Origin: Pseudonocardiaceae bacterium
Lineage (GTDB): Bacteria; Actinomycetota; Actinomycetes; Mycobacteriales; Pseudonocardiaceae
Assembly (NCBI GenBank): GCA_036279835.1
Contig: DASUII010000297.1
Span: forward strand, 1 to 62,975
Direction: 5' to 3'
Length of the DNA: 62,975 bases
Of the stretch, positions 9,396 through 17,952 are shown piece after piece. The translations under genes were made by a program, and so were the position numbers. The first letter of the stretch is position 1, and each line of letters opens with the position of its first letter. The notes under the pieces are model-generated. The model was not told the origin of the DNA. It was given only the letters and a program-made list of their open reading frames with translations, and ran no database searches.

Positions 9396-10658
9396 CTAGT
9401 GTCCGACGGCTCCATCGCGAAGGGCCGCTGGCGGTAGTCTGGTTCCCGCTGGGTCAGCGCGGTCGCGGAAAGCCGGGAAGGTGCGGCGTCCGCGTGCGAT
9501 CACCAGTGTGGGGCGTTGCAGCGCAGCGAGGTCGGCGAGGGGATCGCCGTCGACCACCAGCAGGTCGGCGCTGTAGCCGGCGTGCAGGGTGCCCGCTGTC
9601 GTGGCGAGCCCGAGGGCGTCCGCGGTCGTGACAGTGGCCATTTCGAGAATTTGCTCGCGGGTGAAACCCCAGTCTTCGAGGGCGCGGAGGGCGGCCGGGA
9701 AGGTGTCGAACGGAGCCATGCCGGCGTCGGTGCCGGTGATCAGGCGCACACCGCGATCGGCCATCCAGCGGACCCGGCCGATGATTTGCTGAGCACGTTG
9801 CGCACCATACTTGTTGGCGAAGGGGCGCCAGTTGTTGCTATTTGCGGGGCATACCGCGATGCCTGCGGTGACGAGATCGGCCACGGTCTGCTCATCGGGT
9901 TCGAAGACGCCGGGTCCGGTCAGCCAGGTGCAGTGCTCGATGGTGTCGACACCCGCATCGACACAGGTCCGGATGCTGCTGGTGCCGTGGGCGTGCGCGG
10001 CGACCGGTAGCCCGAGTCGCCGAGCCTCGTCGACTACGGTGCGCAACTGATCGGTGTGGAACTGCGGCTGCCACATCGCGGCCCCACCTGGGGTCATGCT
10101 TCCACCGGACACCATGACTTTGATCACGTCAGCCCCAGCGGCCGCATTACGTTGGATCTGCTCACGGATCTGGTCTGGACCATCGACCTCTCCGCCGAGG
10201 AACCAGCAGTGCCCACCTGGCGGAGTCAGCGGGGCGGTCGCGGCCAGGATGCGCGGCCCGGCCAGGTCACCAGCATTGATGGCCTCGCGCAGCTCCACCG
10301 TTAACCCGCCACGGTCGCCGAGGTCTCGCACAGTGGTAACCCCGCAGTGAAGTAGCTGTTGGGCTCGGCCGGCCATCGCCAGCGCCAAGCGCGCCGGATC
10401 GGCCGGAGCGATCAGGTTCTCCAGCCGATCCGGTCCCACATTGAAGGCCAGATGCACGTGAGCGTTGATCAGCCCCGGCAGGATCGTCGCTGACGGGAAC
10501 GCCAACTCCATGGTGTCCGCGCCGGCCGCCGCGCGGACCTCGTCCAGCAAACCGACGGCAACGATCGACTCGCCCTCGACCAGAACCGCGCCACCGTCGA
10601 CGCGCTGGCCGGCCGGACCGGTGAGAACCTGGGACGCAGACACTAGGTACCGCATCAC
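9396..10658 (-). CDS. Amidohydrolase family metallo-hydrolase
   Basis: 420 aa with LPGLINAHVHLAF (HxH metal motif) and later HAHG and DAG motifs, consistent with an imidazolonepropionase/aminoacylase-like fold. Confidence 0.85.
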   Translation of the reverse strand: MMRYLVSASQVLTGPAGQRVDGGAVLVEGESIVAVGLLDEVRAAAGADTMELAFPSATILPGLINAHVHLAFNVGPDRLENLIAPADPARLALAMAGRAQQLLHCGVTTVRDLGDRGGLTVELREAINAGDLAGPRILAATAPLTPPGGHCWFLGGEVDGPDQIREQIQRNAAAGADVIKVMVSGGSMTPGGAAMWQPQFHTDQLRTVVDEARRLGLPVAAHAHGTSSIRTCVDAGVDTIEHCTWLTGPGVFEPDEQTVADLVTAGIAVCPANSNNWRPFANKYGAQRAQQIIGRVRWMADRGVRLITGTDAGMAPFDTFPAALRALEDWGFTREQILEMATVTTADALGLATTAGTLHAGYSADLLVVDGDPLADLAALQRPTLVIARGRRTFPAFRDRADPAGTRLPPAALRDGAVGH

Positions 10659-10681
10659 TGGCTGCTCCTCCTAGTCGGGAA

Positions 10682-11830
10682 TCAGGCGCCGGAGCGCGCC
10701 GCCGAGCTGGGGGCGGGCCGGGCCAGGGCACACGAGAGAGCGAGCAGCTCCGCTACGTCAGCGTCGAGGTCAGACTCTCGCGGGCCGGCGAAGATGATCG
10801 GCACTCCGGTAGGCGCTAGCTCGTTGGCATGGGTTCGCAGGGCGCTCCGTAGCTGCTGCGCCCGCATCGCGGCGGTACTCGGTTTCCCACCGGCTACCTC
10901 AACCCGGGGTAGATAGGGGCTGATCCTGACCAGGCCATCCCGGCACTCGATGACGCGGCGGTAGTAGCGGCGATGCATGGAATAAAACGTCGTGACGTGC
11001 CTCCACCGGCTGGTGGGCACCCGGTGGAGGGCGTCCTCGGGAAAGGCCTGATACATCAGCCGCCACAACGGCTCTAGACCGCGGTAATCGTGCAGATGGC
11101 GCCACCACCGTCCGACGGCCCGGAACCGACCCACCAGTCCGGAATAAACGATCCCGATGGGGAAAGCGACGATCCCGGTGACCAGGACACCGTGGCCGAT
11201 GGCGAAGACGCCAGGCGAGAGCGGATGACCGACCCAATTGACGACGGTGGCGGTGGTGCGGAACAGCGGGCCACCGACGAGTTTCGCGGTCAGAGCAGCG
11301 GCGATGATCCACAATCCGTGCCGCAGCGGTGGCTCGGACAACCGCGAATAGCGCCACGCGGCGCGGAATTCCACGACCAGCGCATAACCGACATAGAGCG
11401 ACGGGATCAGGTAGAACACCCGGACTGGAACACTCGCCATGGTCACGCTGTAGAGCGCCCCACGCTCAGCCGGCGGTATGGCAAATCGCGCAGCGACCAA
11501 CGCAACGCACGCCCCGGCGCAGAGCGAGGCCTCTCGCCGAATGCGAGACCGCGGCGTGCCTGCGGCATCGAGGAAGAACCAGATCACCAGGAAGTGGAAG
11601 GTCATTACCGCGATGTTCTCCGGCACCTTCGATGCACCAGGGCCGACGGCGACGTTGATGGCGGCGGCCACCGAGTCCTGCCCGAGCAGGTACACCGACT
11701 CGGCGGCGCCGAGGGACGCGGTGACCAGCCAAAGACCGCGGTGCAGTGGTGCTCGGCGAAGCTGGTTGCCCGTCCACAGCAGGCCCGCGAACGCAGCGAA
11801 TGCCTGGAGGAGAGCCAGGTTCACAGCCAA
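10682..11830 (-). CDS. Polytopic membrane protein with conserved cytoplasmic C-terminal domain (MAB_1171c/DUF6545-like), module 1
   Basis: 382 aa with multiple hydrophobic helices, then WWRHLHDYRGLEPLW...HRRYYRRVIECRDGLVRISPY. It is a paralogue of 13880-15025. Its start overlaps the stop of the upstream peptidase gene by 10 nt. Confidence 0.7.
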   Translation of the reverse strand: MAVNLALLQAFAAFAGLLWTGNQLRRAPLHRGLWLVTASLGAAESVYLLGQDSVAAAINVAVGPGASKVPENIAVMTFHFLVIWFFLDAAGTPRSRIRREASLCAGACVALVAARFAIPPAERGALYSVTMASVPVRVFYLIPSLYVGYALVVEFRAAWRYSRLSEPPLRHGLWIIAAALTAKLVGGPLFRTTATVVNWVGHPLSPGVFAIGHGVLVTGIVAFPIGIVYSGLVGRFRAVGRWWRHLHDYRGLEPLWRLMYQAFPEDALHRVPTSRWRHVTTFYSMHRRYYRRVIECRDGLVRISPYLPRVEVAGGKPSTAAMRAQQLRSALRTHANELAPTGVPIIFAGPRESDLDADVAELLALSCALARPAPSSAARSGA

Positions 11831-12354
11831 CCCTGCCGATCGCCGAGTGCATCCTGGAGTCGCCGCACAGCCGGCTCAGCCGACGGTCGAGCGCTCACGT
11901 AGTCGAGCACCGACGCCCATTCCATGATGATCGTGGCGACTAACTCGGCTTCCTGCTCCTGCTCGGTGTCGTAGTGGGTCCGCCGCAACGCCCGTCGGAT
12001 CACCTCAAGAGACAGGTCTGGCATCATCTGCCGCCAGTACTCATCGTCAGTGTCGTCGCTGTGGTGATCTGCGAGTATATGACCGACTTCGTGCAAGATG
12101 ATGTGATCTTGGTGCACGCGGGTTGTCTCAGCCTGATAAAGAATGTAGTCAGTCGACCCGGTGGCCAGCCAGAGACCAAACGGCCCCGGTACCGGCAACG
12201 AGTAGCTCACCAGCCGGATCGGTCGGCCTCGACGTTTTCCCAGCCGCTGACACAGCAGGTCTACCCGCAAAGGCGGGTCGATGGCCAAGGCACGCAACTC
12301 ACGCCGGCAGCGGCGGCGAAGCTCCCGTTCCCGCACTGCTTCCCCCATCAGCAC
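11821..12354 (-). CDS. HExxH zinc-peptidase-like protein (ImmA/IrrE, COG2856-like), module 1
   Basis: 177 aa with a HEVGHILADHH motif. It lies immediately downstream of an XRE regulator and is a paralogue of 15022-15573. Confidence 0.7.
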   Translation of the reverse strand: MLMGEAVRERELRRRCRRELRALAIDPPLRVDLLCQRLGKRRGRPIRLVSYSLPVPGPFGLWLATGSTDYILYQAETTRVHQDHIILHEVGHILADHHSDDTDDEYWRQMMPDLSLEVIRRALRRTHYDTEQEQEAELVATIIMEWASVLDYVSARPSAEPAVRRLQDALGDRQGWL

Positions 12355-12420
12355 AATGACAGCTCATCAGCGTTAGCGTCTTATGTCCGGTGACGTCGTC
12401 GACCCGGTTTGGGTACGCGT

Positions 12421-12891
12421 TCACTCGTTCGAGCGTGATCCGCGCTCGGTTTGCTCCAGCTTGTAGATCACATCAAGCAGGTCCATGACTTGCTTGCGCC
12501 GTTCGTCGGAGAGCTCCCCGGCGCGCATCGCCATGACCCGCGCGTCTTCCCGGTCGGCGTTGACGGCCCGCCGCTGTCGCTCGGTCTCTAGGGCTGCCAG
12601 CTGGGTACTGACGCGGTCGGTCACCCTGTCGTCGAAGAAGTAAGCGGCCGGCACCCCGAAGAAGTTCGCCAACGCCTGCAGATGCTTCAGCGTCGGGTTG
12701 TCCTTCTTACCCTTGCGAAGCTGCCAGATGTAGCTCTGCGAGATCGTCACATCACTGGCGTCACGGATCGCTGACGCCACGTACTCGTTGCTGTACTCGC
12801 GCCCGTCTGGCTCAGTTACCCGCGTGAAGAGGCAGTTGAGCTTGTCCGCCAGACTCCGACCGTCTGGTTCAACATCGCAAATCCGGGCCAC
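12421..12891 (-). CDS. XRE family helix-turn-helix transcriptional regulator, module 1
   Basis: 156 aa. ISQSYIWQLRKGKKDNPTLKHLQALANFFGVPAAYFFD is a classic Cro/C1-type HTH. Confidence 0.85.
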   Translation of the reverse strand: MARICDVEPDGRSLADKLNCLFTRVTEPDGREYSNEYVASAIRDASDVTISQSYIWQLRKGKKDNPTLKHLQALANFFGVPAAYFFDDRVTDRVSTQLAALETERQRRAVNADREDARVMAMRAGELSDERRKQVMDLLDVIYKLEQTERGSRSNE

Positions 12892-13022
12892 ACCTCAGTC
12901 TAAACTCATGTGCGAGCAAACGCACGAGTGAATGTTACCTTGGTCGCAACCACGTCACCACCGCTGCGTGGTGCATGACGGCATCGTGTGGTACGCCGCC
13001 GCTGATGCCTGGGGAGGGCTCG

Positions 13023-13847
13023 ATGGATCCGATAGCAACGACAGGCCTGTACACCGCAATGATTCGGGCCCGGGAGTCCGCCCGCCCAGACCGCCTGTTC
13101 TCCGACCCCTTCTCCGAGGCACTGGCCGGGCCCCAGGGCGGCGACGTGCTCGCCTGGATGGAGGATCGTTGTCCAGGCGTTTCGGATCACCAAGTCATCC
13201 CGATCCGAACCAGGTTCTTCGACGGCACGCTTGAGCGCATCCTGGGTGAGTCCGGAGTGGATCAGCTCGTAGTCCTCGCGGCCGGAATGGACACCAGGGC
13301 GCTCCGGCTGCCGCTGCGACCCGATCTTGCCCTGTTCGAACTCGACCGGCCCGAGGTGCTGGACCTCAAGGCCGCTCGCCTGGCGCAGTGCAACGCGGTA
13401 CCCCACTGCCGGCGGATCCCGATCCCGGTCGACCTCGGTGGGGACTGGTCCGCGGCACTGCTGGGTGGTGGCTTCGATCGGCAGCGGCCGGCGGTCTGGC
13501 TCGTCGAAGGCCTGCTGCACTACTTGACCAATGATCAGGTTCATCGCGTGCTGGGCACCCTAAGCAGGCTGGCGGTCACCGGAAGCTGGTTGCTCACCGA
13601 CGTGGTCGGCCACTCGTTCCTGACCTCGCCGCACGTGGCCGCCTTCCTGGCAATGATGGCCGCGAACGGCTCTCCCTTCCGCTTCGGCACAGACCAGCCG
13701 GAAGACCTCATGCGGCTGCACGGCTGGCGGCCGCAGGTGACCCAGTTCGGCGAGGACGGGGCCGACTTCGGCCGGTGGACCATGCCCGTGCCCGACCGCG
13801 AGGATCCACACTCGCCCCACGGCTACTTACTCGTCGCCGATCGCTGA
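13023..13847 (+). CDS. Class I SAM-dependent methyltransferase (TIGR00027-type putative O-methyltransferase)
   Basis: YTAMIRARES..DRLFSDPF.., VVLAAGMDTRALRL, ELDRPEVLDLK and WLVEGLLHYL are present. The ATG at 13023 is preceded by GGGGAGGG. Confidence 0.85.
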   Translation: MDPIATTGLYTAMIRARESARPDRLFSDPFSEALAGPQGGDVLAWMEDRCPGVSDHQVIPIRTRFFDGTLERILGESGVDQLVVLAAGMDTRALRLPLRPDLALFELDRPEVLDLKAARLAQCNAVPHCRRIPIPVDLGGDWSAALLGGGFDRQRPAVWLVEGLLHYLTNDQVHRVLGTLSRLAVTGSWLLTDVVGHSFLTSPHVAAFLAMMAANGSPFRFGTDQPEDLMRLHGWRPQVTQFGEDGADFGRWTMPVPDREDPHSPHGYLLVADR

Positions 13848-13879
13848 CCCGCTGGCCGCACAGCCAGTGGTACCCCCGA

Positions 13880-15025
13880 TCACGCCTTGCGCGCGGTGGT
13901 GTGCAGCACTCGCGAGAGCGCCACGAGCTCGTCAACGTCAGCATTCAAGCCTGCCGCGGTCGGCACCGCGACGGGCGTGGCATCTGGTGGCGCGGGCTCG
14001 CCTGCGGCATGGGCCCGCAAAGCGTCTTTGAGTAGGTGAACCAGCGAGTCATCTTTGCGACCGTTCTGCCGCAGCTGCGCTACGTGCGGACTGATGCGGA
14101 CCAAACCGTCACGGCACTCAATGACTCGCCGGTAGTAGCGGCGGTGCACTCCCCGCAGACTGACTGCGTCGCGCCAGGGGCTGCTGGGGACGCGGGTCAA
14201 CTCGTGCTCGGGAAACTCCCCGTGCAGCGCTGTCCAGAGCGGACCGAGATACTGGTAGATCCGGCGGTGACGCCACCAGACTCGCAGCGCTGCTAGCCGC
14301 AGGACCGCGGCCGGATAGCTGAGACCGGTGAGGAATAACAGGACGCCAGGTAGGAGTAGGACGATCCCGGTCACGAGAACCGGATGCGGCATCGTGCCAT
14401 GAGCCCAACGAACGATATTCGCCGCCACGAACGAGACGTTGGCTACCACAATCGCGGTCAGACCCACCGACGCCAGCAGTAAACCCCGGCGCAATCGCGG
14501 TTCTGCTCTTCGTGCATGGCGCCGGGTCAACACCCACGCCGCCACGAACGCAAACAGCAGGTACGAGTTCGCGGTCGTGTAGAACAGGCCGATACTGGGC
14601 ACGCCAACGGGTCCCTGGTGTTCCTCAGCGGGCAACACAGCGGCCGCGGTGCGGAGAGCAGCGGGCATGATCGCGTCCGCGATCGTCAATACCACCACGG
14701 CGGAACTCAGCGGAAGGGCATGCCACCAGGCGCGGGTCCGGGCACTGCGGGTGTCGAATGCGGAAAACAAGAAGAAGCAGATCAGGCTGTACGCTCCGAC
14801 CAACAATAGCGCGTGTTGAACCAACCGCGACGCCATGGGCTCAAGGCCGAGGAAGTCAACACCCCTGGTGGCCATAATTCCGAAGGGATACGCTATAGCC
14901 CAACAGGTGACTAGGCCGGTGATTGCCCGCAGCCGCACGTCTCGCGGTTTGCGCGCCAGAAGGTACAGCATCAACAGCAGCACAGCGGCGGCTGCGAGAC
15001 CCTGCGCTACCTGCAGTCCGGTCAC
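13880..15025 (-). CDS. Polytopic membrane protein (MAB_1171c/DUF6545-like), module 2 paralogue
   Basis: 381 aa with the same architecture and C-terminal signature HRRYYRRVIECRDGLVRISPH. There is a 4-nt start/stop overlap with the upstream peptidase gene. Confidence 0.7.
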   Translation of the reverse strand: MTGLQVAQGLAAAAVLLLMLYLLARKPRDVRLRAITGLVTCWAIAYPFGIMATRGVDFLGLEPMASRLVQHALLLVGAYSLICFFLFSAFDTRSARTRAWWHALPLSSAVVVLTIADAIMPAALRTAAAVLPAEEHQGPVGVPSIGLFYTTANSYLLFAFVAAWVLTRRHARRAEPRLRRGLLLASVGLTAIVVANVSFVAANIVRWAHGTMPHPVLVTGIVLLLPGVLLFLTGLSYPAAVLRLAALRVWWRHRRIYQYLGPLWTALHGEFPEHELTRVPSSPWRDAVSLRGVHRRYYRRVIECRDGLVRISPHVAQLRQNGRKDDSLVHLLKDALRAHAAGEPAPPDATPVAVPTAAGLNADVDELVALSRVLHTTARKA

Positions 15026-15573
15026 AGCCAGCCTAGCCGATCATTCAACGACATGCCTATGCGCTGTGCCGTGGTGTCCGTCGAGGACTGCGGTGCAACA
15101 TAGTCGAGAACTGAAGCCCATTCCAAGATAATCGTGGCTACGGTCTCCGCCTCACGTTCCTGCGCGGTGTCGTAGCAGGTACGTTGCAGCGCCCGACGAA
15201 CGGCATCGGTTGCCAGGTCAGGATACCGATTGCGCACGGCATTGGGCTCTGTGTCCGGGTACAACTGAGCGAACAGATCGTCGTCTTGCTCGTCGCTGCT
15301 ATGCCCAGCGAGAATGTGGCCCAGTTCGTGCAGAACGATGTGCGCCTGGTGCGACGTGGTGGTCTCTTGTTGGTAGACGATGTAATCTGCTTGGGCAGTG
15401 GCGATCCATACGCCGAACGGCCCGGGTACGGGGATCGGGTGGGGAAGCAAACGAATGGATCGGCCACGTTGCTTCGCGACCCGCCGGCACAACTCAGCGA
15501 CATCCAGTGGAGGGTGGATGTCCAGTTCATTCAGCATCGCCCGACACCACCGGCGCAGCTCTCGTTCCCTCAT
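15022..15573 (-). CDS. HExxH zinc-peptidase-like protein (ImmA/IrrE-like), module 2 paralogue
   Basis: 183 aa with a HELGHILAGH motif. By eye it is roughly half identical to 11821-12354 over the full length (ATIILEWASVLDYV versus ATIIMEWASVLDYV). Confidence 0.7.
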   Translation of the reverse strand: MRERELRRWCRAMLNELDIHPPLDVAELCRRVAKQRGRSIRLLPHPIPVPGPFGVWIATAQADYIVYQQETTTSHQAHIVLHELGHILAGHSSDEQDDDLFAQLYPDTEPNAVRNRYPDLATDAVRRALQRTCYDTAQEREAETVATIILEWASVLDYVAPQSSTDTTAQRIGMSLNDRLGWL

Positions 15574-15660
15574 TCGCCATCCTCCCCTTAGGTAGGCCTC
15601 TCCACAGCATCACAGACGCTGCTGTCACTTTCCTGGATTTATCGACGTAGCGAGCCCCGT

Positions 15661-15975
15661 TCACTCGTTCGGGAAATAATCCAGTGTGACGGTTGCACTC
15701 AGTGCGCAACGTTGAGCAGCTACTGGACCAGATGGAACCGTCCCTCCCTGTGGCAGTCCCGCTGCACCTCGGGTCGCACACTGGTCGCGTACCCGAGGAG
15801 GGGCGGCAGGCTGGGGAGCTCGCCTCGGTCGACTGTCACCGATTGTTCTGGCGACGTGCTCGTTGCTGAACTCGTGCCCAGTCCGCGGCTTCACGGCCGC
15901 GACCAGGTAGTTCAGTGCACTGCCAGGCTCCGGCCGATCCGCTCGACGACGCCGCTGACCCCTCGCCCCTGAGAT
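15661..15975 (-). pseudogene. Decayed XRE regulator of module 2 (start codon lost, HTH region deleted)
   Basis: My own translation gives ..ADRPEPGSALNYLVAAVKPRTGHEFSNEHVARTIGDS, which aligns to VEPDGRSLADKLNCLFTRVTEPDGREYSNEYVASAIRDAS of 12421-12891. No ATG, GTG or TTG sits at the equivalent start. The HTH block is absent, and a GELP.. segment resembling the module-1 C-terminal GELS region follows in another frame. The last codons (..NE-stop, tcactcgttcg on the plus strand) are shared with the module 1 gene. Confidence 0.6.
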
Positions 15976-16282
15976 TTTCCACCAACGTAGAAGTCTAACA
16001 TGTCACTCGTTGTACAACAGTTGATATATCTGCCGGCCAGGCTTAGACTGCCGCCTTGGATGATTTCGACTGACGTGTACCACTGCTTCTGGATCCATGG
16101 ACTCAGGTGAAGTTGATCGGGTTCGATCGTCGACTGGGCCCAGAGACGAGCTAGTTGGTGCTCCGATCGGGGGAGGGGGTATCGCACGAAGGTGGCTCTG
16201 GAGCGAGCGACGGTTCGTGGCGCGGAAGCCATCGTGAAGATCTCTTGCTCGGTCGGTGACGACAAAGTTATGTTGAGGCGGG

Positions 16283-17329
16283 ATGCCCATGACAACTTCG
16301 GTCGAGACTTCTCATGCGGAAGGCTCGAAAGACGACGCTTGGCCAGCAAAGGCACTGTTGTGGGACCAACGTGAGCCGGTTGCCGGGATGAGGGTGCCGA
16401 CCTGCTCGTTGTTTCCCTCAGATTCTCCGAGACTGTCTGGCGAGGACGTGGAACATTCCCGTGCGCTCGCCGAGTCGGGAGCAACATTCCCGGCGATTAT
16501 TGTGAATCGCGTTACCATGTGCGTCATCGACGGGATGCACCGATTACGTGCGGCCGCACTTCGCGGCCAGCGTGATATCGACGTGCAGTTCTTTGACGGC
16601 GATGGACATGATGCATTCGTGCTCGCCGTCAAGGCGAACATCGCTCACGGGTTGCCGCTGTCGCTGGCCGACCGCACCGCCGCGGCGGCACGTATCATCA
16701 GTTCACACCCGCAATGGTCTAACCGGGTAATCGCATCAACGGTGGGTCTTTCTCCCAAGACGATAGGTGCGATACGTCGTCGTTCAACTGAGGACGATCC
16801 TCAGTTGAACGCCAGGATCGGTCGCGACGGGAGGATCCGTCCGCTCAACACAGCCGAAGGACGTAGGATCGCCGGCGAACTGATGGAGAACCGGCCGGAT
16901 GCTCCTCTTCGGGAGATTGCCCGCGCGGCTGGGATCTCCCTGGGAACTGCGCAGGATGTGCGTGAGCGACTTCGCCAGGGCAAGCATCCAATTCCCCGGA
17001 AGCGGCATCATGGGAAACGGCAACAAAGTCAACTGGGGGGCGACCAACCCGAAAGTCAGCAGAGTAGCGTGTTCGCCACGGGCACACCTATCAGCGTATC
17101 GATCCTGAACGACCTGAAAAAAGATCCTTCGCTGCGTTTTTCTCATGCGGGACGCGCGCTGCTTCGCCTGCTGCACGTCCTCGCCCTTGGTAGAAGCGAT
17201 TGGGAACAGTTGATCGACAGCGTTCCGGTGCACTGCGTGCCCATGGTTTCCCAAGCGGCCCGCGCCTGTGCGGCCGCGTGGCAGGAATTCGCAGAACACC
17301 TTGACGGACATGCTCGGCGTAAGGGGTGA
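16283..17329 (+). CDS. StrR-like pathway regulator (ParB-like nuclease domain + HTH)
   Basis: SLFPSDSPRLSGEDVEHSRALAES...IIVNRVTMCVIDGMHRLRAAALRG matches the StrR/KasT/NovG-type N-terminus. The start may instead be the internal ATG at 16388. It contains an in-frame TTA codon at 16544-16546. Confidence 0.85.
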   Translation: MPMTTSVETSHAEGSKDDAWPAKALLWDQREPVAGMRVPTCSLFPSDSPRLSGEDVEHSRALAESGATFPAIIVNRVTMCVIDGMHRLRAAALRGQRDIDVQFFDGDGHDAFVLAVKANIAHGLPLSLADRTAAAARIISSHPQWSNRVIASTVGLSPKTIGAIRRRSTEDDPQLNARIGRDGRIRPLNTAEGRRIAGELMENRPDAPLREIARAAGISLGTAQDVRERLRQGKHPIPRKRHHGKRQQSQLGGDQPESQQSSVFATGTPISVSILNDLKKDPSLRFSHAGRALLRLLHVLALGRSDWEQLIDSVPVHCVPMVSQAARACAAAWQEFAEHLDGHARRKG

Positions 17330-17335
17330 GATGAT

Positions 17336-17920
17336 GTGCGTGCTGTGAGGGATGGCGCGACAGGTGGGACCGAACTCCGCAGCGCTACGTTCCGCGTCGT
17401 GATGGGTTTCTTTCCTACCGGTGTCGCGCTGCTCACGTGTGGATCCGGCGGTGATACCGACGTCATCACCGCAAACGCGGTTACTTCGATCTCGTTGGAA
17501 CCTCCGCTAGTCCTCGTCGCGGTAACCTCCCGGGGTCGGATTCGGCGCAGTATCGAGAGGCAGAGGAGTTTCGCGGTCAACTTCCTGGCGGAGGATCAGG
17601 GCGGGTTGGCTAGTTTGTTCAGCAAATGGAACCGTCCCAGGGGCGTCGCGGCCATTAAGATCCTCGGTGGCGAGGTAAGTCGCACTGGTGATGCCCTTCT
17701 CGCGAGGGCGGTCGCAGGCCTGGAGTGCACGTTGGTGCGGAAGTGCCCGGGCGGCGACCACATCATGTTTATTGGGCAGGTGATCGCTACCTACACCGAC
17801 GACGAGATAGAACGGCGGCCGCTGCTGTTCCACCGAGGTAGGTATTCGACTGTCGCCTCGTGCGGCTGCGGCATACCCGTTACCGGCTTAGTGCAGAGCC
17901 TGCCAGAGCGTGTCGACTAG
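17336..17920 (+). CDS. NAD(P)H:flavin oxidoreductase (flavin reductase family)
   Basis: 194 aa. FRVVMGFFPTGVALLT...ANAVTSISLEPPLVLVAV...FAVNFLAEDQ is typical of the flavin reductase domain. Confidence 0.85.
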   Translation: MRAVRDGATGGTELRSATFRVVMGFFPTGVALLTCGSGGDTDVITANAVTSISLEPPLVLVAVTSRGRIRRSIERQRSFAVNFLAEDQGGLASLFSKWNRPRGVAAIKILGGEVSRTGDALLARAVAGLECTLVRKCPGGDHIMFIGQVIATYTDDEIERRPLLFHRGRYSTVASCGCGIPVTGLVQSLPERVD

Positions 17921-17952
17921 GGATTCATCTGACTGGGATCGGAGACACGGCC

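Noticed and set aside
15912-16487. 191-aa minus-strand ORF in the low-GC spacer upstream of the StrR-like gene
   Set aside because: It overlaps both the XRE remnant and the StrR-like start and matches no recognisable family. A shorter product (from MASAPRTV..) cannot be excluded, but there is no support.
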